In this document: piece after piece, positions 16,382-24,296 of the stretch | How positions within the stretch are numbered: position 1 is the stretch's first letter | Layout: the number at the start of each line of letters is the position of its first letter | IMG/VR virus record: IMGVR_UViG_3300045988_133004 | Span: 1-52,821 of that record | Strand: one strand, 5' to 3' | Source of the DNA: a virus | Length of the DNA stretch: 52,821 bases | The notes under the pieces: model-generated | Databases searched by the model: none | What the model was told of the DNA's origin: nothing | What the model saw: the letters and a program-made list of their open reading frames with translations, nothing else | Made by a program: the position numbers and the translations under genes

Positions 16382-16592
16382 GCTTTAAACCTCCTGCAAA
16401 GAATACATCAAATATTTGTTCCTTGCTTAGTTTTAATATGTTGGATAACTGTTTCACTTCTATTAAAGTGAAATCTGCTCTCATATTAACTTTTTTGTTG
16501 AAAGTCTGAACGTTTAATTTTAACATATCTGCTAAATCTTTTCTGTCAAATCCTCTATCCTTGATAAAATATTTTAATAAATTAATGTTCAT
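16374..16592 (-). CDS. HTH DNA-binding protein (Cro/XRE-like)
   Basis: KDRGFDRKDLADMLKLNVQTFNKKVN fits an HTH. First gene after the leftward promoter at 16626. Confidence 0.5.
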   Translation of the reverse strand: MNINLLKYFIKDRGFDRKDLADMLKLNVQTFNKKVNMRADFTLIEVKQLSNILKLSKEQIFDVFFAGGLKHE

Positions 16593-16625
16593 TTAAAATC
16601 TCTCCTTTATTTATCTTATGTATAT

Positions 16626-16654
16626 ATTATAATATATTTTATTTTATATGTCAA
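16626..16654 (-). promoter_or_regulatory. SigA-type promoter, leftward (TTGACA-17-TATAAT)
   Basis: Reverse complement reads ttgacatataaaataaaatatattataat. Confidence 0.65.
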
Positions 16655-16723
16655 TATATATTTTATACAATTTTGTTAACATTGCAAACAATTTAGATAT
16701 ATGTAAATAAAAAAAGCAGGACT

Positions 16724-17008
16724 TTAAATCCTGCTAATCTTTTGTAATCTGTATAATTTAACGTCTATCTTTCTAAAAGACATCATTAATAACATATCGT
16801 CTTTATAATTTATTTCGTTACAACACATATCATTATATAGCGCTTGCAAAATAACTTTATTTGATATCTCAAAACATTCGATAAAGAATGGCTTACCTTT
16901 AATATATATTGAATTACCGTTTACTATAGAACCTATAATATTTCTAATATCCAATACTGTCGGCTTGTTTTTGTCGCTTATATGGACTATTGCTTCAAAT
17001 AAATTCAT
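16724..17008 (-). CDS. hypothetical protein
   Basis: Followed by the terminator gcaggactttaaatcctgc. Confidence 0.5.
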   Translation of the reverse strand: MNLFEAIVHISDKNKPTVLDIRNIIGSIVNGNSIYIKGKPFFIECFEISNKVILQALYNDMCCNEINYKDDMLLMMSFRKIDVKLYRLQKISRI

Positions 17009-17214
17009 TATTTATCCTCCATTAATATATCTTGTATGATGTCGCTTAGAAGTTCATCAACACTTTGTAAGCGTCTGTAAAATGTTCTTTCTTCTATATA
17101 TTCTCCAACTTCTACATCATCAATTAAATCTTGTACTTTTTCTCTTTCTTCCCAAATTCTTTTTCTTAGTTCTTTATTCATTTTATTAATCTCCTTTTCT
17201 TTGCCATTTTCCAA
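17008..17214 (-). CDS. hypothetical acidic coiled-coil protein
   Basis: First leftward ORF of the divergent region. Confidence 0.5.
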   Translation of the reverse strand: MENGKEKEINKMNKELRKRIWEEREKVQDLIDDVEVGEYIEERTFYRRLQSVDELLSDIIQDILMEDK

Positions 17215-17293
17215 CGTCGGAATAATGGTTGATATTATTGGCTTCTGCCTTATATTAATATTATAACATATATAAAATATTTGTAAATAAGTG

Positions 17294-17322
17294 TTGGCAT
17301 TTTATTATGTATAGTTTATAAT
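17294..17322 (+). promoter_or_regulatory. SigA-type promoter, rightward (TTGGCA-17-TATAAT)
   Basis: ttggca 17294-17299, tataat 17317-17322. Confidence 0.5.
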
Positions 17323-17333
17323 ATAAGTATGTT

Positions 17334-17347
17334 AAGACGTTTTAGAT
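17334..17347. promoter_or_regulatory. operator-like 14-mer (inverted copy)
   Basis: Reverse complement atctaaaacgtctt matches 17409-17422 at 13 of 14 positions. Confidence 0.45.
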
Positions 17348-17408
17348 AATATCTTTAGAGAATAATTATAAACTCTTCGCAATCTACTTCCATAACTTTA
17401 CTTTTTAT

Positions 17409-17422
17409 ATCTAAGACGTCTT
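17409..17422. promoter_or_regulatory. operator-like 14-mer atctaagacgtctt containing the palindrome AAGACGTCTT, overlapping a -35 box
   Basis: Read directly. Overlaps ttgaca at 17421-17426. Confidence 0.45.
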
Positions 17423-17449
17423 GACATATAATATAATAAAGTGTATAAT
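17421..17449 (+). promoter_or_regulatory. SigA-type promoter (TTGACA-17-TATAAT)
   Basis: ttgaca 17421-17426, tataat 17444-17449. Confidence 0.65.
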
Positions 17450-17455
17450 GTAATT

Positions 17456-17576
17456 GTTAAAGCACTACGGAATAAATAAAATCATCTTTTCACTATCAAT
17501 CTAAATATAGGTGCTTTAACTAGGCATTAAATAACCCCTTTAGCACGTTACTTTTTAAGTAGCGTGTATTTTTTAT
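17456..17576 (+). ncRNA. candidate small RNA (~120 nt, promoter-to-terminator, no ORF)
   Basis: 10-bp long-range stem gttaaagcac (17456-65) / gtgctttaac (17511-20). Terminator cacgttac/gtagcgtg (17544-66, U-G valid on + only) plus T-run. Confidence 0.4.
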
Positions 17577-17604
17577 TGCATTAAATTATGATATATGTTA
17601 TAAT
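17576..17604 (+). promoter_or_regulatory. SigA-type promoter (TTGCAT-17-TATAAT, TGn)
   Basis: ttgcat 17576-81, tataat 17599-604. Confidence 0.65.
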
Positions 17605-17621
17605 ATAAACGAGGTGATATA

Positions 17622-17846
17622 ATGATTGAATGTGAATTGACAGATAAACAAAAAGAGTATTTTAAATATTTCAATTATGAATACAGAACACTTGATTATG
17701 ATTTTCAAGACTGCTACAGACATCAATTCAATTTTGATGTAGTACATCTTATAAAAAGAAGATACGCCAATCTACCAGTAGATAAAGAGTTGTTATCTCA
17801 AATGGTAGATGATGTCATTAAGGTAATTGAAGCGTTGAGGTGGTAA
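17622..17846 (+). CDS. hypothetical protein
   Basis: RBS gaggtg before ATG. Confidence 0.55.
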   Translation: MIECELTDKQKEYFKYFNYEYRTLDYDFQDCYRHQFNFDVVHLIKRRYANLPVDKELLSQMVDDVIKVIEALRW

Positions 17847-17847
17847 A

Positions 17848-18135
17848 ATGTGTATGGATTTTGTTAAGGAAATGCAATTTAGTGTTGATTATGCTTATTT
17901 TGAAGATATATGCAGACATTTTAATTTAAATGAAAGCATGAGAGAAGTTTTACTTAAAAGACTTAAACAAGTTGAAGGTATAGCTATATATAAAAATAAA
18001 ACGCTTGTGCATTTGGATAAGTTTTACAATGCTATTATCGTGTTTAAAGATTTACAACCGATTAATGAAACAGTAAAAGAAGAAACTGCTAAAATTTTAG
18101 TTAATTTGATTAAGAAAGATGTTGACAATAAGTAA
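17848..18135 (+). CDS. hypothetical protein
   Basis: RBS gaggtgg before ATG. Confidence 0.55.
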   Translation: MCMDFVKEMQFSVDYAYFEDICRHFNLNESMREVLLKRLKQVEGIAIYKNKTLVHLDKFYNAIIVFKDLQPINETVKEETAKILVNLIKKDVDNK

Positions 18136-18181
18136 ACAACTTGCTATAATGTAAATATAAACAATAAAGGAGATTAATAAA

Positions 18182-18439
18182 ATGAAGAAAAATGAAAAGA
18201 TTAAATCAATGATTAATACTTGTAATACGTCAAAAAGTATGATAGAAAGACAAATTTTTGAGCGTTTTAATGTAATTGAAAGATATTGCGATTATGCAAA
18301 AGAAAGGATTTCTAATGGTATAGTTGACGATTGTTATATAAATACTATTGAATTTGAAATAGAATTAATTAAACGACATTATAACAGATATAAAACAGAA
18401 GAAGAAAAAATACAACAATTAGAAGCATTAAACAAATAA
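18182..18439 (+). CDS. hypothetical protein
   Basis: RBS aaaggag before ATG. Confidence 0.55.
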   Translation: MKKNEKIKSMINTCNTSKSMIERQIFERFNVIERYCDYAKERISNGIVDDCYINTIEFEIELIKRHYNRYKTEEEKIQQLEALNK

Positions 18440-18448
18440 TAAACTTAG

Positions 18449-18476
18449 GCACGTTATGAAAATAGCGTGCTTTTTT
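18449..18476 (+). terminator. rho-independent terminator (GAAA loop)
   Basis: gcacgttat/atagcgtgc stem followed by T6. Confidence 0.7.
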
Positions 18477-18477
18477 A

Positions 18478-18506
18478 TTGACAAAATTTAGATAAAATGG
18501 TATAAT
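18478..18506 (+). promoter_or_regulatory. SigA-type promoter (TTGACA-17-TATAAT, TGn)
   Basis: ttgaca 18478-83, tataat 18501-06. Confidence 0.7.
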
Positions 18507-18611
18507 ATATTAAAGGCAGATAGGGACGTATACACCGACAAGAGCCACACTCCAGCTTTTCTGCCTTATCTTTATATAACGGAGTGAAATATAATGACAG
18601 GAGTGTTAAAC

Positions 18612-19355
18612 ATGGACTTTAAATTAAAAGTTTTTGAAAATGACAGTTTTGGAAAAGTTAAAACAGTAGTATTAGACAATGAGATTTTGTTTGCTGGTGT
18701 AGATGTAGCCGAAGCACTTGGTTATAAAGATAAATCAAGAGCTGTGTTCGACCACGTAGACAAAGAAGATAAAACCTCATTGGTAATTCAACAAGATGGT
18801 TCTAATTATAAAAGTAGAACAACATTTGTTAATGAAAGCGGATTATATAGCCTTGTACTTTCTTCTAAATTGCCAACCGCTAAAGAGTTTAAGCGTTGGA
18901 TAACTAAAGACGTTATACCTTCTATTCGTAAATATGGTGTGTATGCTACTATGGATACAATAGATAAGATGTTGGCTAATCCAGATAATGCAATTAAGAT
19001 GTTAACTGCATTAAAAGAAGAAAGAGAAGCAAAAGAACAGGCATTAAAACTTGTACAGGAAAAGCAAGAAGAAATTGACTTGTTATCTCACTCTAAAAAG
19101 CTTTATACTACGTCTGAAATAGCTAAGGAGTTGGGTTTTAAATCACCTCAAGAGCTAAATAAAAAACTTTGTGATTTAAATATTCAATATAAAGTTAATA
19201 ATTCATGGCTATTGTATAGTAAATATTCTGATAAAGGGTATATTTCTATTAAGCAAGAAATAATAAGACATGGCAGTAAATGTAGTCCAGTGGTTTATAA
19301 TAGTAAATGGACGCAAAAAGGTAGAGAATTTATTTTAAAACTATTGACAAATTGA
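18612..19355 (+). CDS. phage antirepressor (Bro-N domain + KilAC-like C-terminal domain)
   Basis: VFENDSFGKVKTVVLDNEILFAGVDVAEALGY...ESGLYSLVLSSKLPTAKEFKRWITKDVIPSIRKYG is the Bro-N signature. Confidence 0.8.
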   Translation: MDFKLKVFENDSFGKVKTVVLDNEILFAGVDVAEALGYKDKSRAVFDHVDKEDKTSLVIQQDGSNYKSRTTFVNESGLYSLVLSSKLPTAKEFKRWITKDVIPSIRKYGVYATMDTIDKMLANPDNAIKMLTALKEEREAKEQALKLVQEKQEEIDLLSHSKKLYTTSEIAKELGFKSPQELNKKLCDLNIQYKVNNSWLLYSKYSDKGYISIKQEIIRHGSKCSPVVYNSKWTQKGREFILKLLTN

Positions 19356-19420
19356 TATAGATATGTTAATATATATGTGTTGAACATCTTTCATTTTTTT
19401 ATTCTCCTTTTTATATTAGA

Positions 19421-19455
19421 AAGGCACTAGCTTTAATTAGTTAGTGCCTTTTATA
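19421..19455. terminator. bidirectional terminator
   Basis: aaggcacta/tagtgcctt 9-bp stem. Confidence 0.65.
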
Positions 19456-19465
19456 TTACTTATTT

Positions 19466-19735
19466 TTATTTCATAATAGAAGAAGCTGTCAATAATATTA
19501 TAGTGTTAGATGTATTTAAATCTTTATTTAGATTTTTATTGTACGTTTCTGCAAGCTCTATATTTTTCTTTATTTCGCTTATTATTTGTTTATACGGAAT
19601 GTTTTCACGTTGCCTGATTATATCAATTATGTTATCTAGGCATTTATTAAAATTATTATCGTTTTCATCTATGCTGTTTTTTAGGTCTTTAAGAAAAGAT
19701 ATTGCTTCTTTCTTTAATTCGTCATTATCCATCAT
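19466..19735 (-). CDS. hypothetical protein
   Basis: Coupled to the upstream ORF (ATGA overlap region). Confidence 0.5.
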   Translation of the reverse strand: MMDNDELKKEAISFLKDLKNSIDENDNNFNKCLDNIIDIIRQRENIPYKQIISEIKKNIELAETYNKNLNKDLNTSNTIILLTASSIMK

Positions 19736-19998
19736 TAAATAAACCCTCCGTCTATATCTTCTTTGATACGTTGTATAGCTATTTCGGTTCTTAATCTTAT
19801 ACCAGCAGATAATTCATTTATTTTGTTTGTATCTTCGTTGTCTGGTAAATCGTTTAATACGTCAATTATTTCCTCGCTAAAGTCGTTAATAGTTCTTAGT
19901 TGACTTGATATTTCATCAATTAGTTTTAAGCGTTTTTCTTTGTAATAAAGCATATCATTCACCTTTTCATATTCATCATTAAAATATATTTCTGCCAT
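19735..19998 (-). CDS. hypothetical acidic protein
   Basis: RBS aggagg before ATG. Own promoter at 20029. Confidence 0.55.
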   Translation of the reverse strand: MAEIYFNDEYEKVNDMLYYKEKRLKLIDEISSQLRTINDFSEEIIDVLNDLPDNEDTNKINELSAGIRLRTEIAIQRIKEDIDGGFI

Positions 19999-20028
19999 GT
20001 GCTTATCCTCCTTTATTTGTATAATAAT

Positions 20029-20057
20029 ATTATATCATACGTGGCGATTTATTGCAA
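20029..20057 (-). promoter_or_regulatory. SigA-type promoter, leftward (TTGCAA-17-TATAAT, TGn)
   Basis: Reverse complement reads ttgcaataaatcgccacgtatgatataat. Confidence 0.65.
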
Positions 20058-20059
20058 TA

Positions 20060-20088
20060 AAAAAGGCACTCGTTAAAGTGCCTGTAGT
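20060..20088 (-). terminator. terminator after erf. 29-nt sequence repeated exactly at 20845..20873
   Basis: aggcact/agtgcct stem with a T-run on the minus strand. Confidence 0.75.
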
Positions 20089-20090
20089 GG

Positions 20091-20768
20091 TTATTGTAAA
20101 TTCTTTTGTATTGCTGGCTCATATGCTACATGTAAATCATTTACACCCTTTAAATATTCCGATAAATAACCAGCTAAATTCTTTTCTAGGTCTTTTACCT
20201 CGTCTAACGTTAAATCTTTAGATGAAGTTTTATTAAACTTATCTTCCATTATGTGTATAATATCTGCATTAGTAGCTTTAAGTGATTTCATTTTATTAAA
20301 AACGTTTGTAAGAAGCTTGTGCTTTTCGTCTGTTGCTGGCTTAGACAATTGCTTCTTTACTGTCTCTCTATTATCCATTGTATCAGCGTCTTTTGTATCG
20401 TCTAAAGCGAATAGAGCTGATAAAGCATATTTTCTAGCGTAAGAAGATGAAGCCCCAGTAATCTGACTTTCGTCATTACCTTTTTTATTTTCTGGTTCTC
20501 TAGCCATAGCCTTTGCTGATATTTCTTCGCCACTGTCAGCGTCAAAAAGTGTTGCAGTAGCTTCTACATAGTAGCGACCAGCAACTTCTTTTATATCGTC
20601 ATTTAATACTATGACGCATGAGTTTTCGTTGGCTAGTGGTCGAGCGTTCTCGAGGATATCTTCACAAGAACGATAATTATATTTACCAAATGAGTTGTAC
20701 TGACCTTTTGGTGCTTTTAATTTGCTTTGAATTGTAACAAGTTTTTTAAGAATGTTTTTACCCATCAT
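20091..20768 (-). CDS. erf: ERF family single-strand annealing protein (recombinase)
   Basis: LKAPKGQYNSFGKYNYRSCEDILENARPL...GASSSYARKYALSALFALDD matches the ERF superfamily. Confidence 0.8.
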   Translation of the reverse strand: MMGKNILKKLVTIQSKLKAPKGQYNSFGKYNYRSCEDILENARPLANENSCVIVLNDDIKEVAGRYYVEATATLFDADSGEEISAKAMAREPENKKGNDESQITGASSSYARKYALSALFALDDTKDADTMDNRETVKKQLSKPATDEKHKLLTNVFNKMKSLKATNADIIHIMEDKFNKTSSKDLTLDEVKDLEKNLAGYLSEYLKGVNDLHVAYEPAIQKNLQ

Positions 20769-20800
20769 ATTTTATATCTCCTTTGTTAATTTATATGTTT

Positions 20801-20829
20801 ATTATAACATACTTATTTATAAAATGCAA
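20801..20829 (-). promoter_or_regulatory. SigA-type promoter, leftward (TTGCAT-17-TATAAT)
   Basis: attata 20801-06 and atgcaa 20824-29 on the plus strand. Confidence 0.65.
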
Positions 20830-20844
20830 GTATAAATTTAAAAG

Positions 20845-20873
20845 AAAAAGGCACTCGTTAAAGTGCCTGTAGT
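20845..20873 (-). terminator. terminator, exact copy of 20060..20088
   Basis: aaaaaggcactcgttaaagtgcctgtagt is identical at both sites. Confidence 0.75.
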
Positions 20874-21395
20874 TTAGTATGCTGTGTTGTCGCTAAATAT
20901 TATTCTTGTATTTGCTAAGTTTATAGCTTTATTTCTAAGTTCTCTATATGCGTCTTGTTTAAATGTATAAGTTTGGTATAAGCTGTTAGAACACATTAAA
21001 TCATATTGGCATAAGGTTCTAATAACTTCTTTTCCATATTCTAAACATTTGCATTGATATCTTTCACCTTCTTTAATATAGTATGTTTTATCTTTAAATA
21101 TAACAGCATTTATTTTAATTCCGTTTGCTTCTTTTTCTTCTATTTTACTTTGTTTTTCACTAGCTTTATTTAGAATAAATTTACTGTGCTGTAATACTTC
21201 TTCGCAATTTAATTTAGTTGCATTTTTATATAATTTTCTTTCTTTCGATTTTATATATCTAAAAGATACGTTTGAAGTATCAAAAACACTCATAGCCCAA
21301 TCAATAATTTTATATCCGTTCCATTTTCCTTCGAATAAATCTTCAAAGTTCATCATAAATTGTTTTTCTCCAACCTGTAATAAGAATGTTTTCAT
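20874..21395 (-). CDS. hypothetical protein
   Basis: RBS aaaggag before ATG. Tandem promoters upstream (21434-62 and 21520-48). Confidence 0.55.
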   Translation of the reverse strand: MKTFLLQVGEKQFMMNFEDLFEGKWNGYKIIDWAMSVFDTSNVSFRYIKSKERKLYKNATKLNCEEVLQHSKFILNKASEKQSKIEEKEANGIKINAVIFKDKTYYIKEGERYQCKCLEYGKEVIRTLCQYDLMCSNSLYQTYTFKQDAYRELRNKAINLANTRIIFSDNTAY

Positions 21396-21599
21396 TTTTA
21401 AAATCTCCTTTGTTTGTTTATCTTTATGTGTTTGTTATAACACGTTTTACTTTTAAATGCAAGCATTTTATTTTATTTTTTTATTTATTTATTTGCTTGC
21501 TTCCCTTATCTTTAATTATATTATAGCATAGATAAATGATATATGCAAGTATTATTTTAAAATAAATTAAAAAAGACACGAATTAACGTGCCTTTAATA

Positions 21600-21878
21600 T
21601 TATTGTTCATCCAATAAACAGTAAATATGGACTAATGAATTCATTGGGTTTTTATTATCATATTGTAAAACATCAAAACAAACAAAGATACAAGTTTCGC
21701 CATCTTCTAAAAAGAAAATCGCTTCTCTCTCGTCTAACGTATCGTTTGCGTCTTTATCTCTTGATTTGTTATCTTTATAAGAGTCCCCTAGACCTTTATT
21801 TTCCATAAATTCATAAATTTGTAGAAGCGTCATTTTACTTCCGTTTAATTCTTTTTCTAATTTTTCAATATTAGTCAT
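21600..21878 (-). CDS. small acidic hypothetical protein
   Basis: Own promoter (21913-41) and terminator (gacacgaattaacgtgcc). Confidence 0.55.
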   Translation of the reverse strand: MTNIEKLEKELNGSKMTLLQIYEFMENKGLGDSYKDNKSRDKDANDTLDEREAIFFLEDGETCIFVCFDVLQYDNKNPMNSLVHIYCLLDEQ

Positions 21879-21912
21879 TTTATATTACCTCTATTAATAT
21901 TTTATTTAATAG

Positions 21913-21941
21913 ATTATATCATAAATAATTTGTTAATGCAA
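21913..21941 (-). promoter_or_regulatory. SigA-type promoter, leftward (TTGCAT-17-TATAAT)
   Basis: attata 21913-18 and atgcaa 21936-41 on the plus strand. Confidence 0.6.
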
Positions 21942-21968
21942 GAAAAAGACACGTATAAAACGTGCCTT

Positions 21969-22442
21969 TTATTTAATGCTTATGTTTTGTTTTTCTACAA
22001 TGCTTACACCTGCAATAACTTCACCAGATTGAATAGCTTTCTTTAAGCCTGCTCTATCTGGTTTAGGTTGTTGCTGTATTAAGAACTCGTTAGGTATTTC
22101 GGCATCTGGATTGATTTCAACCGACTTGCTTTTTCTAAAGCTGACTACTACCTTAGCAGTTTCAAATTTGTTGCCTTGTAAATCATTAGCTAAGTATTGC
22201 TTAAGCCAATCAATTTTATTATTAATTGATTTTTTGCGTGCAGTAAGGTTTTTGATTTCTTCATCAATAGCCTTGCTATCACATGTTAAGTTTTTGATAT
22301 AGATAGCGATATTTTCACGCTTAATATTTAGTTTTTCGTTTAAACTATCAAGAAGTTCAGGGTTTATAATTTCCCCTGTTTCCATATCAATACATTTATC
22401 AATAGCTTCTTGTATAGATTGTTTAATTTCATATAAATTCAT
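21969..22442 (-). CDS. Siphovirus Gp157 family protein
   Basis: MNLYEIKQSIQEAID...ENIAIYIKNLTCDSKAIDEEIKNLTARKKSINNKIDWLKQYL...FRKSKSVEI fits the Gp157 pattern. Confidence 0.7.
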   Translation of the reverse strand: MNLYEIKQSIQEAIDKCIDMETGEIINPELLDSLNEKLNIKRENIAIYIKNLTCDSKAIDEEIKNLTARKKSINNKIDWLKQYLANDLQGNKFETAKVVVSFRKSKSVEINPDAEIPNEFLIQQQPKPDRAGLKKAIQSGEVIAGVSIVEKQNISIK

Positions 22443-22506
22443 TGTTGATTTTCCTTTCTTTTTGTTGGTTTATGTGGTTATGTTGTTTTTACAACAAATG
22501 AACATC

Positions 22507-22755
22507 TTAAAATGGTAACCAATCGCCCCATTCCCTTGATACGTTGCCACCTAGATAGTATTTACCATTCTTATTTTCTACTGTAAAACCTAGTTCAATA
22601 GCCTTATTAGCTTCTTTATAGCTAACTTGCCTATCTTCCTTCAAAATCTTATCTCTAAATATAAAATCTTGAACAATATCTTTTGCTTTTATTTCTGGAT
22701 TTCTTCTGCATAGAACGTATTTTCCTTTATAGTCTTTAGTTAAGAACTTTATCAT
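22507..22755 (-). CDS. hypothetical protein
   Basis: RBS ggggag before ATG. Confidence 0.5.
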   Translation of the reverse strand: MIKFLTKDYKGKYVLCRRNPEIKAKDIVQDFIFRDKILKEDRQVSYKEANKAIELGFTVENKNGKYYLGGNVSREWGDWLPF

Positions 22756-22779
22756 CTTTATTTCTCCCCTTTTATTTTT

Positions 22780-22950
22780 TTATTTACCGCTTGCGTATTG
22801 GTAGCAAGCTTTTATAACAAGTTTTGTCAAGCTTATTCTTTCATCAGAAGCAATCTGGCAAAGTTTAGCCTTTATATCTGGCTTAACTCTAAAGCTAAGA
22901 CCAACATAGTTATTTTTATTATATTCGTTTGTTTTGTCGTATTTGCTCAT
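22780..22950 (-). CDS. ribbon-helix-helix (Arc/CopG-like) protein
   Basis: LSFRVKPDIKAKLCQIASDERISLTKLVIKA fits the RHH pattern. Confidence 0.5.
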   Translation of the reverse strand: MSKYDKTNEYNKNNYVGLSFRVKPDIKAKLCQIASDERISLTKLVIKACYQYASGK

Positions 22951-22951
22951 A

Positions 22952-23206
22952 TTAAATTTCCTCAATTCTTTTAATATTTACTACTGTATCAATAGGGCTA
23001 TCTTCTTTGTAATCAATTACATCAAATAATATGTTTATGCCTTGACTATCATCTACCCAATAGGAAACGCTTTCGTCTTCAATTAAACTATCTGGGTCTA
23101 TTTCATCATATACAGAAGGCACACCGTAAGCAGTTAATACGTTATCGAGTTCACATAAAGTAATTTCTTTTCCTTCTAATTCGTTTACTAAGTTAATATT
23201 AATCAT
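22952..23206 (-). CDS. very acidic small protein (candidate DNA mimic)
   Basis: About 21 Asp/Glu versus 4 Lys/Arg in 84 aa, counted from the translation. Own promoter at 23239-67. Confidence 0.5.
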   Translation of the reverse strand: MININLVNELEGKEITLCELDNVLTAYGVPSVYDEIDPDSLIEDESVSYWVDDSQGINILFDVIDYKEDSPIDTVVNIKRIEEI

Positions 23207-23238
23207 TTAAAATCAATCCTTTCGTTTATCTTTATTTA

Positions 23239-23267
23239 TATTATATCACACTTATAAAAAGTACGCA
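23239..23267 (-). promoter_or_regulatory. SigA-type promoter, leftward (TTGCGT-17-TATAAT)
   Basis: attata 23239-44 and acgcaa 23262-67 on the plus strand. Confidence 0.55.
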
Positions 23268-23277
23268 AGTATTATTT

Positions 23278-23709
23278 TTAAAAAAGTTTATTTAATTCTA
23301 ATAAATTGTACTCACTTAAGCAAACACCGTTTTGAGAACCATCTTTATAAGTGATGTAATAGTTTACACCATGTTTTTTTGCATGGCTTAATCTTTTATA
23401 TATTTTATTTAGATTTAATTTTATATTTTTATCTAAGCTATCGCCATTATCCGTTACTTCGTTGTATGAACTTTTGTGTACGTTATTTGCTTCGTATACG
23501 TGTTCATACTGTACATTATTTATTATTTTTTGAACAACTATATATTTTATATCAGAAGCTTTACCAACTTTGTTTACAATAGTTTTTTCTATAGCTTCTT
23601 TTCTATCGTTATATAATACCAAATATAAATCTTTGCTTTTAGCTTCTTTTAAAGCTTCTTTGTAATTTGTAAAACTTAACCCATTTTCTAATTCAAATTG
23701 TTCAAACAT
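23278..23709 (-). CDS. hypothetical protein
   Basis: RBS aaaggag. Own promoter at 23744-72. Confidence 0.55.
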   Translation of the reverse strand: MFEQFELENGLSFTNYKEALKEAKSKDLYLVLYNDRKEAIEKTIVNKVGKASDIKYIVVQKIINNVQYEHVYEANNVHKSSYNEVTDNGDSLDKNIKLNLNKIYKRLSHAKKHGVNYYITYKDGSQNGVCLSEYNLLELNKLF

Positions 23710-23743
23710 TTTTAAAACTCCTTTTTATTTAACTTACATATTT

Positions 23744-23772
23744 ATTATAGCATACATTGTAAAAGTATGCAA
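23744..23772 (-). promoter_or_regulatory. SigA-type promoter, leftward (TTGCAT-17-TATAAT)
   Basis: attata 23744-49 and atgcaa 23767-72. Confidence 0.6.
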
Positions 23773-23812
23773 GTATAAATTATATATTTTACGATATTTT
23801 TTTTTATAAAAA

Positions 23813-24160
23813 TTATGCAAATGCGAACAAATAAGCTAAGTCAACATATTTATCAACTTGTTCATTATGAACTTTTAAAGCTTCTTGTTTAGTGCGTGTT
23901 CTACATTCAAATATTGGCTCGTCATAATAAAATCCTTCTTCGGAGCCGTCAGCTCTAAATACCATTGTTTCGTATTCAAAGCCTAAATTAGCTGTTGATA
24001 TTAAGAATTTACCATCAACAACTTTTCTTAATGTTGTTTTTCTTGCTTTTCTATATAATATTCTAAGAGCTAATGCAAGACAAGCTTTATAATCACCTTT
24101 CATTGTTTTAGCCATTGCGTGTGCCTGTTTAAATAATTCAGATTTATTGATTGTTTCCAT
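23813..24160 (-). CDS. hypothetical protein
   Basis: RBS aaaggtgg. Promoter-like TTGCAT at 24233-38. Confidence 0.55.
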   Translation of the reverse strand: METINKSELFKQAHAMAKTMKGDYKACLALALRILYRKARKTTLRKVVDGKFLISTANLGFEYETMVFRADGSEEGFYYDEPIFECRTRTKQEALKVHNEQVDKYVDLAYLFAFA

Positions 24161-24296
24161 TTTTCATTACCACCTTTTTAAATATTTAGTAGCTCCTTGC
24201 TACATTTATATAATAACACATATCATAATAAAATGCAAGCATATTTTTAAATAAAATAAAAAATCCTAGAAATTAATCTAGGATAATTTATTGGTG

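Noticed and set aside
21481-21520. Long A/T tract with gcaagca...tgcttgc arms between tandem promoters, considered as a possible repeat element or CRISPR-like feature
   Set aside because: It is a single imperfect hairpin with an A-rich loop and no repeat-spacer periodicity. I saw no CRISPR array anywhere in the window.
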